Source: Octopus sinensis (Eukaryota). From it: a DNA stretch of 64,000 bases. Both the position numbers and the translations under genes were made by a program. The notes below the pieces were generated by a model. The model made no database searches and had not been told where the DNA came from. It saw only the letters and a program-made list of their open reading frames with translations. Positions 11,125 through 24,199 of this stretch are shown piece by piece. The stretch spans positions 42,780,001 through 42,844,000 of the forward strand of contig NC_043002.1 of the NCBI RefSeq assembly GCF_006345805.1, written 5' to 3'. How positions within the stretch are numbered: position 1 is the first letter of the stretch; each line of letters begins with the position of its first letter.

Positions 11125-14100
11125 CTAGCAGTATCGCCCAGCGTTGCTCGGGTTTGTTTCGACCCTTTAGAATTGGAATTTTTGAAAAGTAAAAATTTTG
11201 CATTATGTGGCTTGTTATTCTCTGTAAGTGAACATTTTTCTGGTTGAAATACACCGTAAAATGGTGACACAGCAGTCAAAAAATCGTAAAAAATAGGGAT
11301 TTTCATAGAAAAAAAGCACCTTTTTGATGTAACTAATTTTTGGAGTTAACATGGTCCGATTTGAATTTTTCTTCTACGGAAGGAAGAGCAAGCCTTCTAT
11401 CATACTCTCAATTATGGTCAACTTGCATGCAGGGTCTCGGAGGAGATAGTGTTAGTTGAAGGCTACCAAACCTGCCATACACAGACAAATGTCAGTGTTC
11501 TTAAGGTCGCTCGGCTAGGAAGATTCCAAGCGAACCCAACCGCAGATACTAGACCACGCCCAATAAGGGTAATCTTTTCTTCTGATCGGGAGGCTTCAGT
11601 CTTTCTGAACAGAGCTCAGACGCATGCCTGGGAGGACCCCAATATGGGTTTTCGCGAGGAATACTCACTAAGAGAGAGAATTCGCCGGAGGAACCTGATA
11701 TCCGAGCTAAAGATGAGGAAACAAATGGGAGAGAAGGGTTTACGAATCCAAGATGGACAGATAATCAAGTCCTACCTCTGGTCCCATGCTGTAGTGCTGA
11801 CAGGGAAAGTGATGCGAGGGCAAATTGAAGTGAAGTTGATACCCCCGTCAACGATGCTATCTCTGATGCCCTTTATTCTGCTTGTTCCCCAACTCCCGCC
11901 CCTCAGACTTCACAGCTCAGCATCGTCTACACCAACTCGTGCTCCTTATTCCCAAAGTTCAGTGAACTATTTACACTGGCCATACGTGACTCCCCTGATG
12001 TGATAGCTATCACCGAGACTTGGCTGACTCCAGCAGTAAAGGACTCAGAAATCCACCTGCAGGGCTACGTCCTTTTCAGATGTGACAGAGGAAAAAGGCG
12101 AGGTGGAGGTGTTGCTGTGTATGTTAAGTCTGAGCACAAACCGTCCTGCGTATTCTACCCACAAATGCTCAACCTACAACCAAATTCGATGCCGTCTATT
12201 GCAAGCTGAGCCTATCTGAGTTTTGCCTGCCCGTGTTGGCTGTCTACAGGCCGCCTCTAGCCGACCCCCAGGATGATGCTCATCTACTCGAAGCGATAAG
12301 ATTCGTTTCAGCTTCGCACGACTGCTTGGTACTAGGCGACTTCAACGCTCCCACGATCGATTGGCCCGCATCAATTTGTACAACATCTTCCCGGTTCGGC
12401 CAGGCCCTTCTTGACGTGGCTGAAGATTGTTTTCTATCGTAACATGTTGAATATCCGACAAGGCATCGGTCTGGGCAGCAGCCATCTATGCTAGATCTGG
12501 TATTCTCCCGCTATCCAAGATCAGTGTCAGACGTATCTGTGTGCGCCCCTCTTGCCAAGACTGATCATGCGGTCCTGAAGTTCGTCATGCACACAACTTT
12601 TTCCACGCCCACGATTACTTCGCTGCCACGTAGAGTCTTCTCTGCATTAATCTTGAAATTCTAACCGAGGCTTCCGCGCTTCTGGACTGGCGATCCCTGA
12701 TGACGTTGTCCTCAGTTGACGAACTATGGTCATCCCTCAAAGCATATGTAATCTGTTTGACTGACCAGGCAGTTCCCGTTGGGCTCCCAAGAGGAAGAAA
12801 CACAAGCCCTGGGTGACGAAGAAGGTTAAACGAGAACGTCGACTCAGAGATATTGCTTGGGCTGAATTCAAAAATCTGGATTCGACTGCAGCTTTTGAGG
12901 TGTACAAAACTCAACGAGACCGAGCCGTGAAAATTGAAAAGAAAGAACGCTTCAGTTATGAATACAAAATCGCGGCAAATGCCAGTAGCAATCCAAAAAC
13001 CTTCTTTGCCCATGTCCAGCGGAATTCCCGCTTGAACAACCAGATTGCAACGTTGGTAGACTCAACAGGCGTATCGATTGAGGACCCTTATCAACAGAGT
13101 CAATTATTTGCCGAGGCTTTTTCAACTATTTTCAAACAAGATGATGGTCGTGAACCCCCTCCATTTGATAGATCGGTACCTCCAATGCTTCGATTGATCA
13201 TCACGCGGGACGAAGTCAAACGTGTTATTCAAGGCCTCGATGTCAACAAGGGTCACGGCCCTGACGGCATACACCCACGGGTTATCAAAGCGTTGGCTCC
13301 GGTCATCTGCGAGCCCTTAACACGACTATTCAATATGTCATTGGCGACGGGTGTTATACCTGCAGACTGGAGAACAGCGATAATCTGCCCAATTTTCAAG
13401 AAAGGGAGCCGCGAAGACCCGCTTAACTACCGACCGGTTTCCCTTACATCAATAATCAGCAAGATGTTCGAACCATCCTTAAGAAAAGTATGATGCTCCA
13501 CCTCCTAAACACAGCCTCGATCACTGATTCCCAACACGGCTTCGTGCCGAAGAGATCATGCTTGACCAACTTACTAGTAATGGAAGAATTGGTGACGCGC
13601 ATCCTCGATGATAGTGATGCTGTTGACATCGTTTTATTGGACTTTGCCAAAGCTTTTGACTCGGTAAGCCACCGCCTACTACTTGTCAAGCTTCAAGCAT
13701 ATAGTTTCCATCCGGATATTGTATGATGGGTTGGTGCTTTCCTCTCAGATCGCTCCTTCCAAGTTCAAGTTAATGGTTCGCGGTCCGACGTCTCCAGTGC
13801 GAGCAGTGGCATGCCTCAAGGTTCAGTTCTTGGGCCCTTGTTGTTCTTAGTCTTCATAAATGACTTGCCCGACGACCTCAGGCAACACACCCTTCTATTT
13901 GGCGACGATATCAAACTGGTCGCTCCTCGCGGTAGTATAGAGGATCTTCGTCGATGCCTCCACCAAATTTGGAAGTGGTCTAACGATTGGGACCTGTGTC
14001 TGAACGTGTCAAAGTGCTGTCATCTGCCTGTCGGCTCTACTCCTGCAACTCAACTTGATTTCGAGCCGAGTCGTCTGCTGCTGGAGAGGACCGATCAGGT

Positions 14101-14806
14101 AAAGGACCTGGGTATCTTGGTGGATTCCTCCTTTTCACCTTCGGCCCAGTGCGTCCATGCTGCCAACAAAGCGCGCGGAATTCTGTTTTTGATTCGACGG
14201 TCATTCGGAATGCTCACAGCAGCCATATTCCTGCCACTCTATGTCACGCTGGTGAGACCCATATTGGAGTATGGGATTCAAGCCTCTTCTCCTTATTTCC
14301 TCAAAGACATACAGCACCTGGAAAGAGTCCAGAGGCTGGCTACCCGCATGGTTCATGGTCTCAAAAATTTGTCCTACGAAGAAAGGCTGAGGACGCTCGA
14401 CCTTTATTCTCTTGAAAAACGCCGCCGCCGTGGTGATCTCATTCTCACCCACAACATCATAAGCGGGAAGTGTAACCTCTCGAAAGAGCTGTTCTTCACT
14501 CCTGCTCCGGAGCGTCGGCTGCGGGGTCATTCCGAAAAGCTCTACCTGTGACGATTTCATCTCAATCGAAGGAGAGGAACTCTCTCCGTCCGGGTTGCGG
14601 ATCCGTGGAACAAGCTGCCAGACGAGATGGTGAAGATGCCGATGACCGCTTTGTTCAAAGCCTCCCTAGACCTCAAGTGGCCTGAACTCTTTACATGAAC
14701 ACCACCCTGTACTTAACTCCATGTCCCCCTACATGGCCTTGCTATTTGCTTTTGAGCCAAATTAACTAACTAACTAACTAACTTCAGCTTTATATATATA
14801 GAGAGA
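11125..14806 (-). mobile_element. Non-autonomous Helitron (11125-about 11488 plus about 14783-14806), split by a CR1 LINE
   Basis: The minus-strand 5' end is TCTCTCTATATATATAAAG at 14806. The 3' end is the hairpin CCCGAGCAACGCTGGG (11137-11152) followed by CTAG (11125-11128). It sits between A11124 and T14807 with no TSD. Confidence 0.8.
11489..14782 (+). mobile_element. CR1-clade LINE, ORF1 C-terminus plus complete ORF2 with a few stops and frameshifts, (AACT)n tail
   Basis: APE motifs YTNSCSL, AITETWL, DR..RRGGGVA, VYRPP, LGDFN and TDH. RT motifs NYRPVSLTS, LDFAKAFDSV, QGSVLGPLLF and FGDD. C-terminal RRRRGDLI and LRGH. Confidence 0.93.
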
Positions 14807-14924
14807 TTTACTGCAGAACTATTCTGAGTAAATAAGCACATGGCTGAAATAGGCGCTTGGATTTAAATTCGTGAATATGTGCAAAATGCATGTACATTAT
14901 TTGCACTTATGGCGATATGTATAC

Positions 14925-15127
14925 TTTTTTTACTTGTTTCAGTCATTTGACTGCGGCCATGCTGGAGCACCGCCTTTAGTCGAGCAAATCGACCCCGGGA
15001 CTTATTCTTTGTAAGCCTAGTACTTATTCTATCGGTCTCTTTTGCCGAACCGCTAAGTTACGGGGACGTAAACACACCAGCATCAGTTGTCAAGTGATGC
15101 TAGGGGGACAAACACAGACACACAAAC

Positions 15128-15158
<31 letters not shown>

Positions 15159-15325
15159 CATATATACGACAGGCTTCTTTCAGTTTCCGTCTACCAAATC
15201 CACTCACAAGGCATTGGTTGGCCCGGGGCTATAGCAGAAGACACTTGCCCAAGATGCCACGCAGTGGGACTGAACCCGGAACCATGTGGTTGGTTAGCAA
15301 GCTACTTACCACAGCCACTCCTGCG
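14925..15325 (-). mobile_element. SINE family A, young copy inserted in the right arm of the foldback element
   Basis: Full head-to-tail match to the other family A copies, with CpGs retained. Confidence 0.88.
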
Positions 15326-15344
15326 TTATTTACGTTCAGTTTGT

Positions 15345-15405
15345 TGCCACTGATGATTGGAATGGGTTTTTAATAACTCAAACCGTGAAATCTGCAGATA
15401 TGGTA
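15345..15405 (+). ncRNA. Type I hammerhead motif, right arm of the foldback element (sense to CUL1)
   Basis: Stem I TGCCA/TGGTA, CTGATGA (15350-15356), stem II TGG/CCG plus GGGTT/AACTC, GAAA (15387-15390), perfect palindrome TCTGCAGA, AUA triplet ending at 15400. Confidence 0.75.
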
Positions 15406-15689
15406 CTATCCAAATTATTTTATAAATCCCCACTGTCCATTTTCCTCTCTTACAACCTTGTGTAGTGAAGTAATAATCTAAGTAGTTTATAGACCATTTG
15501 GGGTCTATTTCTAGCAGACTGGTGTTGTAATCATTCAACACCATTATTATAATTTTTATATAAATTAACCATTATGGTATTTTTAGTTATGCTGGCCACT
15601 GATAAATCATTAAATAATGACTTTATTCTAATTACGTGTATATCTATCTATCTAGATATATATATATATATATATACATACACACATAC

Positions 15690-18664
15690 CAAGGCAAAGG
15701 GAGAGATGGCTGCTTATAAATGCCAAAACCTTCCCAGGTGAAGAATGTACCCCACAACATAGACTGGTAGTTAGTGACTTTAGGATCAGGACTAGGAGGA
15801 CAACCAGAAGACGACAAATATGGAGAAGAAGGATCTGGAAGCTTAAGATCCTGCAAATGGACAGAGATTTAGGGACATATTACTTGAAGCCTCTGACGAA
15901 GTAGAAGGGGATAGAGCATCACAGGGGGTAGAAGACAGCTGGACGTTTCTAAGGGACAACCTGCTGAGAGCCACTGACCAGATCTGTGGCTGGTGCAAAG
16001 TCCCCTCTCGACCTAGAATACGTGGTGGTGGAACAATATTGTAGACAGGGCTATTAGAGAAAAGAGACAGGCTTGGAAGTCTGGAAAAATGGGGGTAGCA
16101 GGGGATTGTATCAGACTGCCAAAAGAGAAGCTAGGAGACAGGTTTATTTAGCCAGAGGGGAAGCAGATAAGAAAAAATTTGCCAATGTTCTGCGCCGTGA
16201 GGACCAAAGACTGGAGGTGTTTCGTGTTGCAAGACAGTGTGTGAGAGAGAATCGTGATGTGGTAGGAGAGAAGTGTGTTCGCATGGAAGATGGTTCACTT
16301 GCGCTAAATGAGGATGCAAAGAGAGAGGTTTGGAGATGCCACTATGAAAGGTTGCTGAATGAAGAAAATGAATGGGATAAAGAGAGTCTGCCGAATGTTG
16401 ACCCAACAGAGGGACCAGCTATCCGAGTTGATAGTTCCGTGGTAGCTAAGGCAATTAGAAGCATGAAGACAGGGAAAGCCCCAGGCCCATCAGGAATCAC
16501 TGCAGAGATGCTCAAAATGTCTGGTAGTGTCGGCTATAGCCTAGTCACCCGTATAGTTAATCAGGTGATACACAAAGGGGTCATACCCATGACTGGTGTA
16601 GCAGTATAATAGTCAACTGCTACAAAGGTAAAGGTGATGCCCTAGATACAAATAACTACAGAGGTATCAAGCTGTTGGACCAGGTGATGAAGGTTACGGA
16701 GAGGGTCATAGCCCAACTAATTAGAGAGAGAGTTAGTTTAGATGAGATGCAGTTTGGGTTTGTGCCAGGGAAAAGTACTACTGATGCTATATTCCTGGTA
16801 AGGCAGCTGCAGGAGAAATACCTAGCCAAGATAAGCTCCTGTACCTGGCTTTTGTTGACATGGAGAAAGCCTTCGACAGGGTCCCCCGATCCCTTATCTG
16901 GTGGGCAATGAGGAAACTAGGGATAGATGAATGGTTAGTGAGAGCTGTGTGCGGGCCATGTACAGGGACGCCGCTATAGGGTGAGGGTTGGAATGTGTAC
17001 AGTGAAGAATTCCGGGTAGAGGTAGGAGTCCACCAAGGCTCAGTACTCAGCCCCCTCCTATTTATCATAGTCCTCCAGGCAATAACGGAGGAATTCAAGA
17101 CAGGATGCCCTTGGGAGCTCCTCTATGTATGACCTTGCTCTAATTGCTGAGTCGCTATCAGAACTGGAGGAGAAGTTTCAGGTGTGGAAACAAGGATTAG
17201 AATCGAAGGGCCTCAGAGTCAATCTAGCTAAAACCAAGTCGTAATCAGTAGGAAGGTATACAAATCACAAACACCTTCAGGTAGATGGCCCTGCTCGATC
17301 TGTAGAAAAGGTGTAGGTAGAAACTCTATAAGATGCACCCAGTGTAAGCTATGGACACATAAGAGATGCAGCAATGTCAAAGGAAGGCTAACTAGGAAGA
17401 TGGTTTTTGTATGTGGCAGATTGCTCAGGAACAATAAACACTGAAAATGCTCTGAGACCAACTTGCGTCACTTTCCAGGGAGAAAAACTAGAAATAGTTG
17501 ATAGTTTCCGTTACCTAGGTGACCAAGTCAGCAGGGGGGGCGGGTGTGCTGAAAGTGTAACTGCTAGAGTAAGAATAGCTTGGGCAAAGTTCAGAGAGCT
17601 CTTACCACTACTGGTGACAAAAGGCCTCTCGCACAGAGTGAAAGGCAGACTGTATGATGCGTGTGTACGAACAGCCATGCTACATGGCAGTGAAATGGGC
17701 CGTGACTGCTGAGGATATGCGTAAGCTCGCTAGAAATGAAGCCAGTATGCTCCTATGGATGTGTAATGCCGGTACTCACACTCGGCAGAGTGTAAGTACC
17801 TTGAGAGAAAGCTGGACTAAGAAGCATCATTGTGGTGTGCAAGAGAGACGTTTGCGCTGGTATGGTCATGTGGCGAGAATGGATGAGATAGTTGTGTGAA
17901 AAAGTGCCAACCCTAGCTGTTGAGGGACCTGTGGAAGAGGCAGACCCAGGAAAACCTGGACGAGGTGGTGAAGCACGACCTTCGAACTTTAGGTCTCACT
18001 GAGGAAATGACTAGAGACCGAGACCTCTGGAAGTGTGCTGTGCGCGAGAAGACCGGCAGGACAAGTTGAGTCCATAACCCGTGGCCTTCTACATGGGATG
18101 GAGCCAGCCTACGTATGCATACCTTCCCTTCTTGGGACACAAAACTCTACTTGTGAACGTGATGAGGCAAGTGAGGATCAGAATCGAAATCGATCAATGG
18201 AATTGCGGATGTGCTACCAGTGCCGGTGGCATGTCCAACTCTGCTTGTGAAACCCGTTGAAGGCAAGTGACGATCAGAATCGAAATCGATCAATGAAATT
18301 GCAGATGTGTTACCAGTGCCGGTGGCATGTAAGAGAACTTTCCGTTTCGCGACCGTTGCCAGCACCGCGCCCCGTTTCGTGTCCGTTGCCCTCTCGCCTG
18401 GCCCTCGTGCCGGTGGCACATAAAAAGCACCATCTTCGTGGCCGTTTGCCAGCTCTGTCTGGCACCAGTGCGGGTGGCACGTAAAAAGCACCCACTACAC
18501 TCACGGAGTGGTTGGCGTTAGGAAGGGCATCCAGCCGTAGAAACACTGCCAGATTTGACTGGGCCTGATGAAGCCTTCTGGCTTCACGACCCCGTAGAAA
18601 ACCGTCCAACCCATGCTAGCATGGAAAACGGACGCTAAACGATGATGATGATGATGATGATGAT
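15690..18664 (+). mobile_element. 5'-truncated young RTE LINE with modular 3'-UTR and (GAT)n tail
   Basis: RTE ORF2 motifs split mainly by 1-bp deletions. Highly similar to the copy at 34680-37634. Confidence 0.93.
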
Positions 18665-19493
18665 ACATGATGGGATTCTTTCAATTCCCATCTATCAAAT
18701 CCACTCACATTGCATTGGTCGGCCCAAGGCTATTGTAGAAATCCTTTACCCAAAGTGCCTCACTGTGGGACTGAACTCTGAACCATGTGGTTGAGAAACA
18801 AGCTTCTTACTGCACTGTCATGCCACACCTTATTTTTAAAAAAAATTTGGGAAGTCATTAAGTTAGCTTTCAAATTCATATACTTTATTCCTTCATCACT
18901 GAACAAACACTTGATTGTTTAGGCTCTCATTTTTGTGCTTTAATGTCACTTTATGAGAATATGACAAAATGGCATCATAAAGCTGGTACATAAATAAATA
19001 AATAGAAGGTTTGGTTACTGTTTGTTCAAAGTTTTATTACGTATCTTCTTTATTTGCTAACATTATACAAATGGTGTAACTAGACAACAAGTAAATAATG
19101 ATATTGCATTTCTAGTGCACACACATGCACGTGCACGCACACATGAGTACTCAATTGTTTTTCTCTTCTACTTGAAGTAATATATGCTAATATGCTTGAG
19201 CCATGTTATCTTCTCTGTAATTCTATCCTATTTTGATTTTGTAAAAAATTCTAAGTTTTCACAAACTTTTAAAATGTTATACTAACTTACTACTATTTTT
19301 TGAATATGCAGCAGTGATGTCTTTGTGAATTCATGTAATTAAATTTAGGACTTATTGTTTGCAGAATGTATTTTCTTTAGGTCGACTAAATCATTGGCTG
19401 CAGGAAAACTGCATGTAAAATTATTTATTCAAGGTCTTTGGTAAAACAGAGGTGGGAGTACAAATAGTAATTAGCTATATAGATGTGTTAGGG

Positions 19494-19782
19494 CTGTGGT
19501 TCCCAAACTTTTCCAGCCCGCCGCCCACCTAACACCCAGGCTGCATTCCTAGCACCACACCACCACCACCACAAACATAGACCATTTTCTGCAGCAAACT
19601 CAAAACAATTGTATTTCACAAATAAGACTTCAACCTAATTAACCTGTTACTTTTAGTTTTTTTTCTTTTTACATCCATTAACCTCTTTTGGCCACCCATT
19701 ATTGCCCCACTTTGCTTCAACACCTCCTGGATCTTTCTATCACCTCCAAGGGGATCAGTACTGCCCACTTTAGGAACCACTG
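19494..19782. mobile_element. hAT/Charlie-type MITE
   Basis: TIRs CTGTGGTTCCCAAA and TTTAGGAACCACTG. The 8-bp flanks are only partly matched. Confidence 0.6.
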
Positions 19783-19894
19783 CATTAGAGTATTTATTCT
19801 GGTATTTATTTTGACGTTAGATCAGGCTGCTGTCAATTTTACTTCTTAACCCATCAGAAGTTGGTTTTATGTACCACTCTAATGAAATCATAGA

Positions 19895-20100
19895 TACAGT
19901 ATTTCCTGACATACAAGTTAACATAGTATATAGCGTAAACATTCAAATATCATTATCTTTCCATATCCTGCTGCATTTCACATGGAATTCTTTTTCTCCT
20001 CTAAAGTCATCTTGGTGTATAAGTCAACCTTCTTTATTTGGCTGTAAATTTTAGTTTGAAAAATTTGACTTGTTCACTGGAAACTACAATTTTATTGTTT
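19895..20100 (+). repeat. Dispersed repeat, second copy at 49471-49650; possible Tc2/mariner-superfamily relic
   Basis: Both copies share CATAGTATATAG.GTAAACATTCAAA and CCTGCTGCATTTCACATGGAATT. Confidence 0.55.
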
Positions 20101-20224
20101 GTTGTTGGTTATTTTGTAAACTAAAATTATACTGTTTTATCTTATCTTTCTAGTAATTTTTTTTCTTATTAGTATTTATGTCTGTAGAAAACTAACAACT
20201 CCAAAATTATATGATCTATTGCAG

Positions 20225-20273
20225 TTCTAAGAATCCTGAAGAAGCAGAATTAGAAGATACTCTAAATAAAGTG
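20225..20273 (+). CDS. CUL1: Cullin-1 exon 4 in window
   Basis: AG/GT bounded, 49 nt, phase fits the previous exon. (S)SKNPEEAELEDTLNKV. Confidence 0.95.
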
Positions 20274-20375
20274 GTTAGTGATATATATTTTCTTTGCTTT
20301 CGACTACAAAAAAAGAAAAAGCACTTTTATATACTTGTTATATACTGAAAATATCCCTTTTTTTTTTGTTTATAA

Positions 20376-20597
<222 letters not shown>

Positions 20598-20691
20598 TAA
20601 TCATAATTATTTCCATTGAAAATTTTGTGATCATTTTGCTATGTTTCGTTATTTTTATTTCAATTCTATTTTCACTTCTTTTCTTCCACAG

Positions 20692-20812
20692 CAAGCATGT
20701 GGTTTTGAATATACCTCTAAACTCCAACGAATGTTCCAAGACATTGGAGTTAGTAAAGACCTTAATGAAAGATTTAAAAAACACCTTCAGGCTTCATCTC
20801 AACCTTTGGATA
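20692..20812 (+). CDS. CUL1: Cullin-1 exon 6 in window
   Basis: AG/GT bounded, 121 nt. [40 protein letters not shown]. Confidence 0.97.
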
Positions 20813-23568
20813 GTAAGTACATTTAAAAAAATTATTATTCTGTATATTTGAGGGTACACTTTGATATATCTTCTTCACCATCCTCTTTCTGTCTTTCCTC
20901 TCACTTTTTCTAACTGGAGCAGCCATGTGTCTCCTCTACTCCCAGACACCTTTTTCTATCCCTCTATCAAACTCTAACCTCCCATTATTTGTCACAAAGC
21001 TTCCTCTCTCAATACTGCTCCCACCCTCAATTGTGGGGTCTTGTCTTGTGAGTTAGATGATGACCTCACTGATGCTGGTGCCACATAAAAAAAGCATCCA
21101 GTACACTCTGTGAAGTGACTGGTGCTAGGAAGAGCATCCAGCCATACAAATCATGCCAAAACAGTTCAGTCCCTGTCAACTAGGAAAGCAGACATTAAAT
21201 GATGATGATTTCTTTTTGACATAAGTAGTCATCATCCTTGTCATAATCATCATTGTTATCATATGTCTGTTTTCCATACTGATATGGGTTAGATGTATCT
21301 GGTCCAGTCCAGTGTCTTATCACTTGTAGTCCTTGATCATCATCTTCATGAAGCCCATATCTTGAGATTAGACTTCACTACTTCTCACATCTTCCTTGGT
21401 GTTCATCTACTTGGATATCCTGACACTTCTGGACAAGTCATTTTAGTACATATTTCGGGCACTTACTGAAACTGTTATTTTCAAGTAATAATTAAAAGCA
21501 GAATAAACTGGATCAGTTTCTATCACTTTCAAACAAATGAGAGTATTTATACCCAGTTCTGCCTTTAGGATCTCAACTGATATTTTCTAAGAAATTTCAG
21601 AGATGAGTTGACTGTATTTAGCTGCCATGAGGAGTGAAGTATCTCATGTTTTAGGCTTTTGCCCTTCATTAGAGAGAGAGAGAAGTGGTTCTTGTCACTT
21701 GAGCTGCAAGTTAGTATAAATGGAGGAATTAAATTGATGTGAGAGGTGGACACGAGAGTTGGTCAGAAGTCAAGGATATAAAGTAAATGACAAGATGGTA
21801 CCAGAACTAGAGAGAGAGACCAATCCTTTGGTTAGAGAAAGAAGTGGTATTTAAGTCATTAAGAGCAGACAGGCAGAAAATTATTTATAAACTTTTCTAT
21901 AATTAAGCAGAGAACATCAAAATATTTTATTCATACAGTTCACTTATTTTATTCTGTAAAAGTTGGTACATTTTGTTCTTGCATTTTTTGTCTTTTTTTT
22001 TTTTTACTTATACTTACTAAATAACCATATCTGGGAAAATAGTAAATAACCTATAAATATTTAAAATAATCATGTAATTTCATTACTGAAGTTCAGAAAA
22101 GAACACAATCATTAGTGGTTCAGGATCTCACTGATCATCAGCTTAGAGAAGTATCTCACATTGACTTAAGCTTCAGAAATTAAATTTGGCTAATGAAAAC
22201 TGTGTGGAAGCTTTGTGAATGTGTGTGTAATAGAGAAACAGGTGGGGCACAGTATTAGTAGATCAGAGACAAAATACTTTGAAGCATTGGATTAAGTCCC
22301 TTGAAGTTCTGAGTTCAGTTCCAGCTCAAGTTATCTTTGCCTTTCTCTTCTGAGTTTGATAAAAAATATTTAAGCTGATATAATCGACTAAATCCTTTGA
22401 AAGTATTACTCCAGCCAAAGAATAGAATACTAATCAATCACAGCAAAGAAATAGCAGTAATTATTGTTCAGAAATAAATATAGACAGATTAAATGAAGCA
22501 TTTTTGAAGCCTACTTCATATTGCATTTACATGAAGCATCAATCAAGTAGTTGGTCTTGGGTGTACTAAAATAATACTGTCTTGCAGATTAGCAACAATG
22601 ATTGTCCCACTCTTATTTCATATGACATTTATATGGAATACTGATCAACTTATTATTGTTCAAAGGTAAAGTCAGTCAAGGCTGAACTAGAGCTAAACAA
22701 CTATCCAAAGAATAATTCTTAAGCATTCGTTATATCATTTTGGTAATGTTTAACTTTGATGAAATAATTTGTATGTATCTGTGAATTTCAAACATACATT
22801 AACAATCTTAACCTAAAGCTAACAGTCTTTTTATTACATTGTCACTTAATTAACTCATGCCTTTCCAAACGCCAACCACTTTATAGTGTGAACTGGATAC
22901 GTAAAAAGCATCCAGTCCACACTGTAAAGAGGTTGCCATTTGGAAGGGCATCTAACTGTAAAAACCTTGCCAAAACTAACCTTGCCTATGCTTGTGCCAT
23001 GTAAAAAACACCCAGTCCACTGTGTTGGGAGATTGGTCTTAGGAAGGGCATCCAGCTGTAAAAACCCTGCCAAAACAGACACAAAAGTCTGATGCAGGCT
23101 TCTGCTTGGCCAGCTCCTGTCAAACTATCCAAGCCATGCCAGCTTGGAAGGTGGATGTTAAATGGTGATGATGGTGATAATAGACTGAATCATGTTGTTA
23201 GTTTCTTAGTTTGTTTTGGCTATGATAGCTAAGGCCATACAGGAGGGAATTGTTTTTTACCTCTGGTACTGGAACAATCCTATCTTAGTTAAAATCATTG
23301 CCAAATGAATCTCAAAAGCACTATCTTGCCATCATTGCTTTAATGTTTACTTTTCCATGCCTGCATGGGTCATATGGAATTAATTGAGGTAGATTCTTGT
23401 ATGGCTCAATGCCCTTCATGTTGCCAACTCTTACCTGTTTCCAAGCAAGGTAATATTTTCCCAAGGTCAGGCATATTTTTTGCAGAATATTGGAAACGAA
23501 TGATATTCACTTACACCAATTATGCAATGTCAAGACAAAGAGACACAAACACATACATACTCTCTCTA

Positions 23569-23601
<33 letters not shown>

Positions 23602-24122
23602 TACACACACACACACAAATGACTGGCTTCTTTCGGTTTCCATTTACCAACTCACAAGACTTTGGTTGGCCCTAGATAGTAGAAAACATTTGCTCAAGGT
23701 TCCATACAGGGGACTGAATCCTGGTCAAAAAGCAAACTTCTTAGCTATTACATATCTTCTAATTAATGGAAATGTAATAATGATAGTGGTGAAAGAGGAA
23801 ACGTGACGTTTAAAATTAGAGAAAGTTTGCCACACCCAAGCAAATAAAGTTTGCATTTTGATTGACCAGGTTAGTCATTTATGTTGTGGTATGCCCTACT
23901 AAAGCATGTAGCCCTTTTCACTTTACTAATCTGATTACTTAAGAATAAAGGTGGGTAGGAGTGGGGGGAATAGCCTGGAGGTGGAATAATTAATTAAAAG
24001 CTAACAAGTAGTTAGAAAGTCAAACTTACACGTGACTTATTTAAAAACAGTACACTCACACACACACACACACACACAGACAGAGAGAGAATTGCTAATG
24101 AATTGACTTTAATCTTTTGCAG

Positions 24123-24199
24123 TTGATTTTAGTATACAAGTTCTCAGCTCAGGGTCTTGGCCATTTCAACAAACTGGTTCTTTCAATTTACCAGTAGAA
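24123..24199 (+). CDS. CUL1: Cullin-1 exon 7 in window
   Basis: AG/GT bounded, 77 nt. (I)[25 protein letters not shown]. Confidence 0.95.

Larger units (their letters stand above)
10816..15560. mobile_element. Foldback element with about 290-bp inverted arms, each carrying a hammerhead motif; interrupted by three insertions
   Basis: 10816-11110 is the reverse complement of 14866-14924 plus 15326-15560. Confidence 0.85.

Noticed and set aside
11449-12003. 184-aa ORF as a host gene
   Set aside because: It starts inside the Helitron and continues into CR1 ORF1, so it is a chance fusion across an insertion junction.
13898-13909. FGDD instead of (Y/F)ADD as a novel RT active site
   Set aside because: A single-base change in a copy that already has stops and frameshifts; most simply decay.
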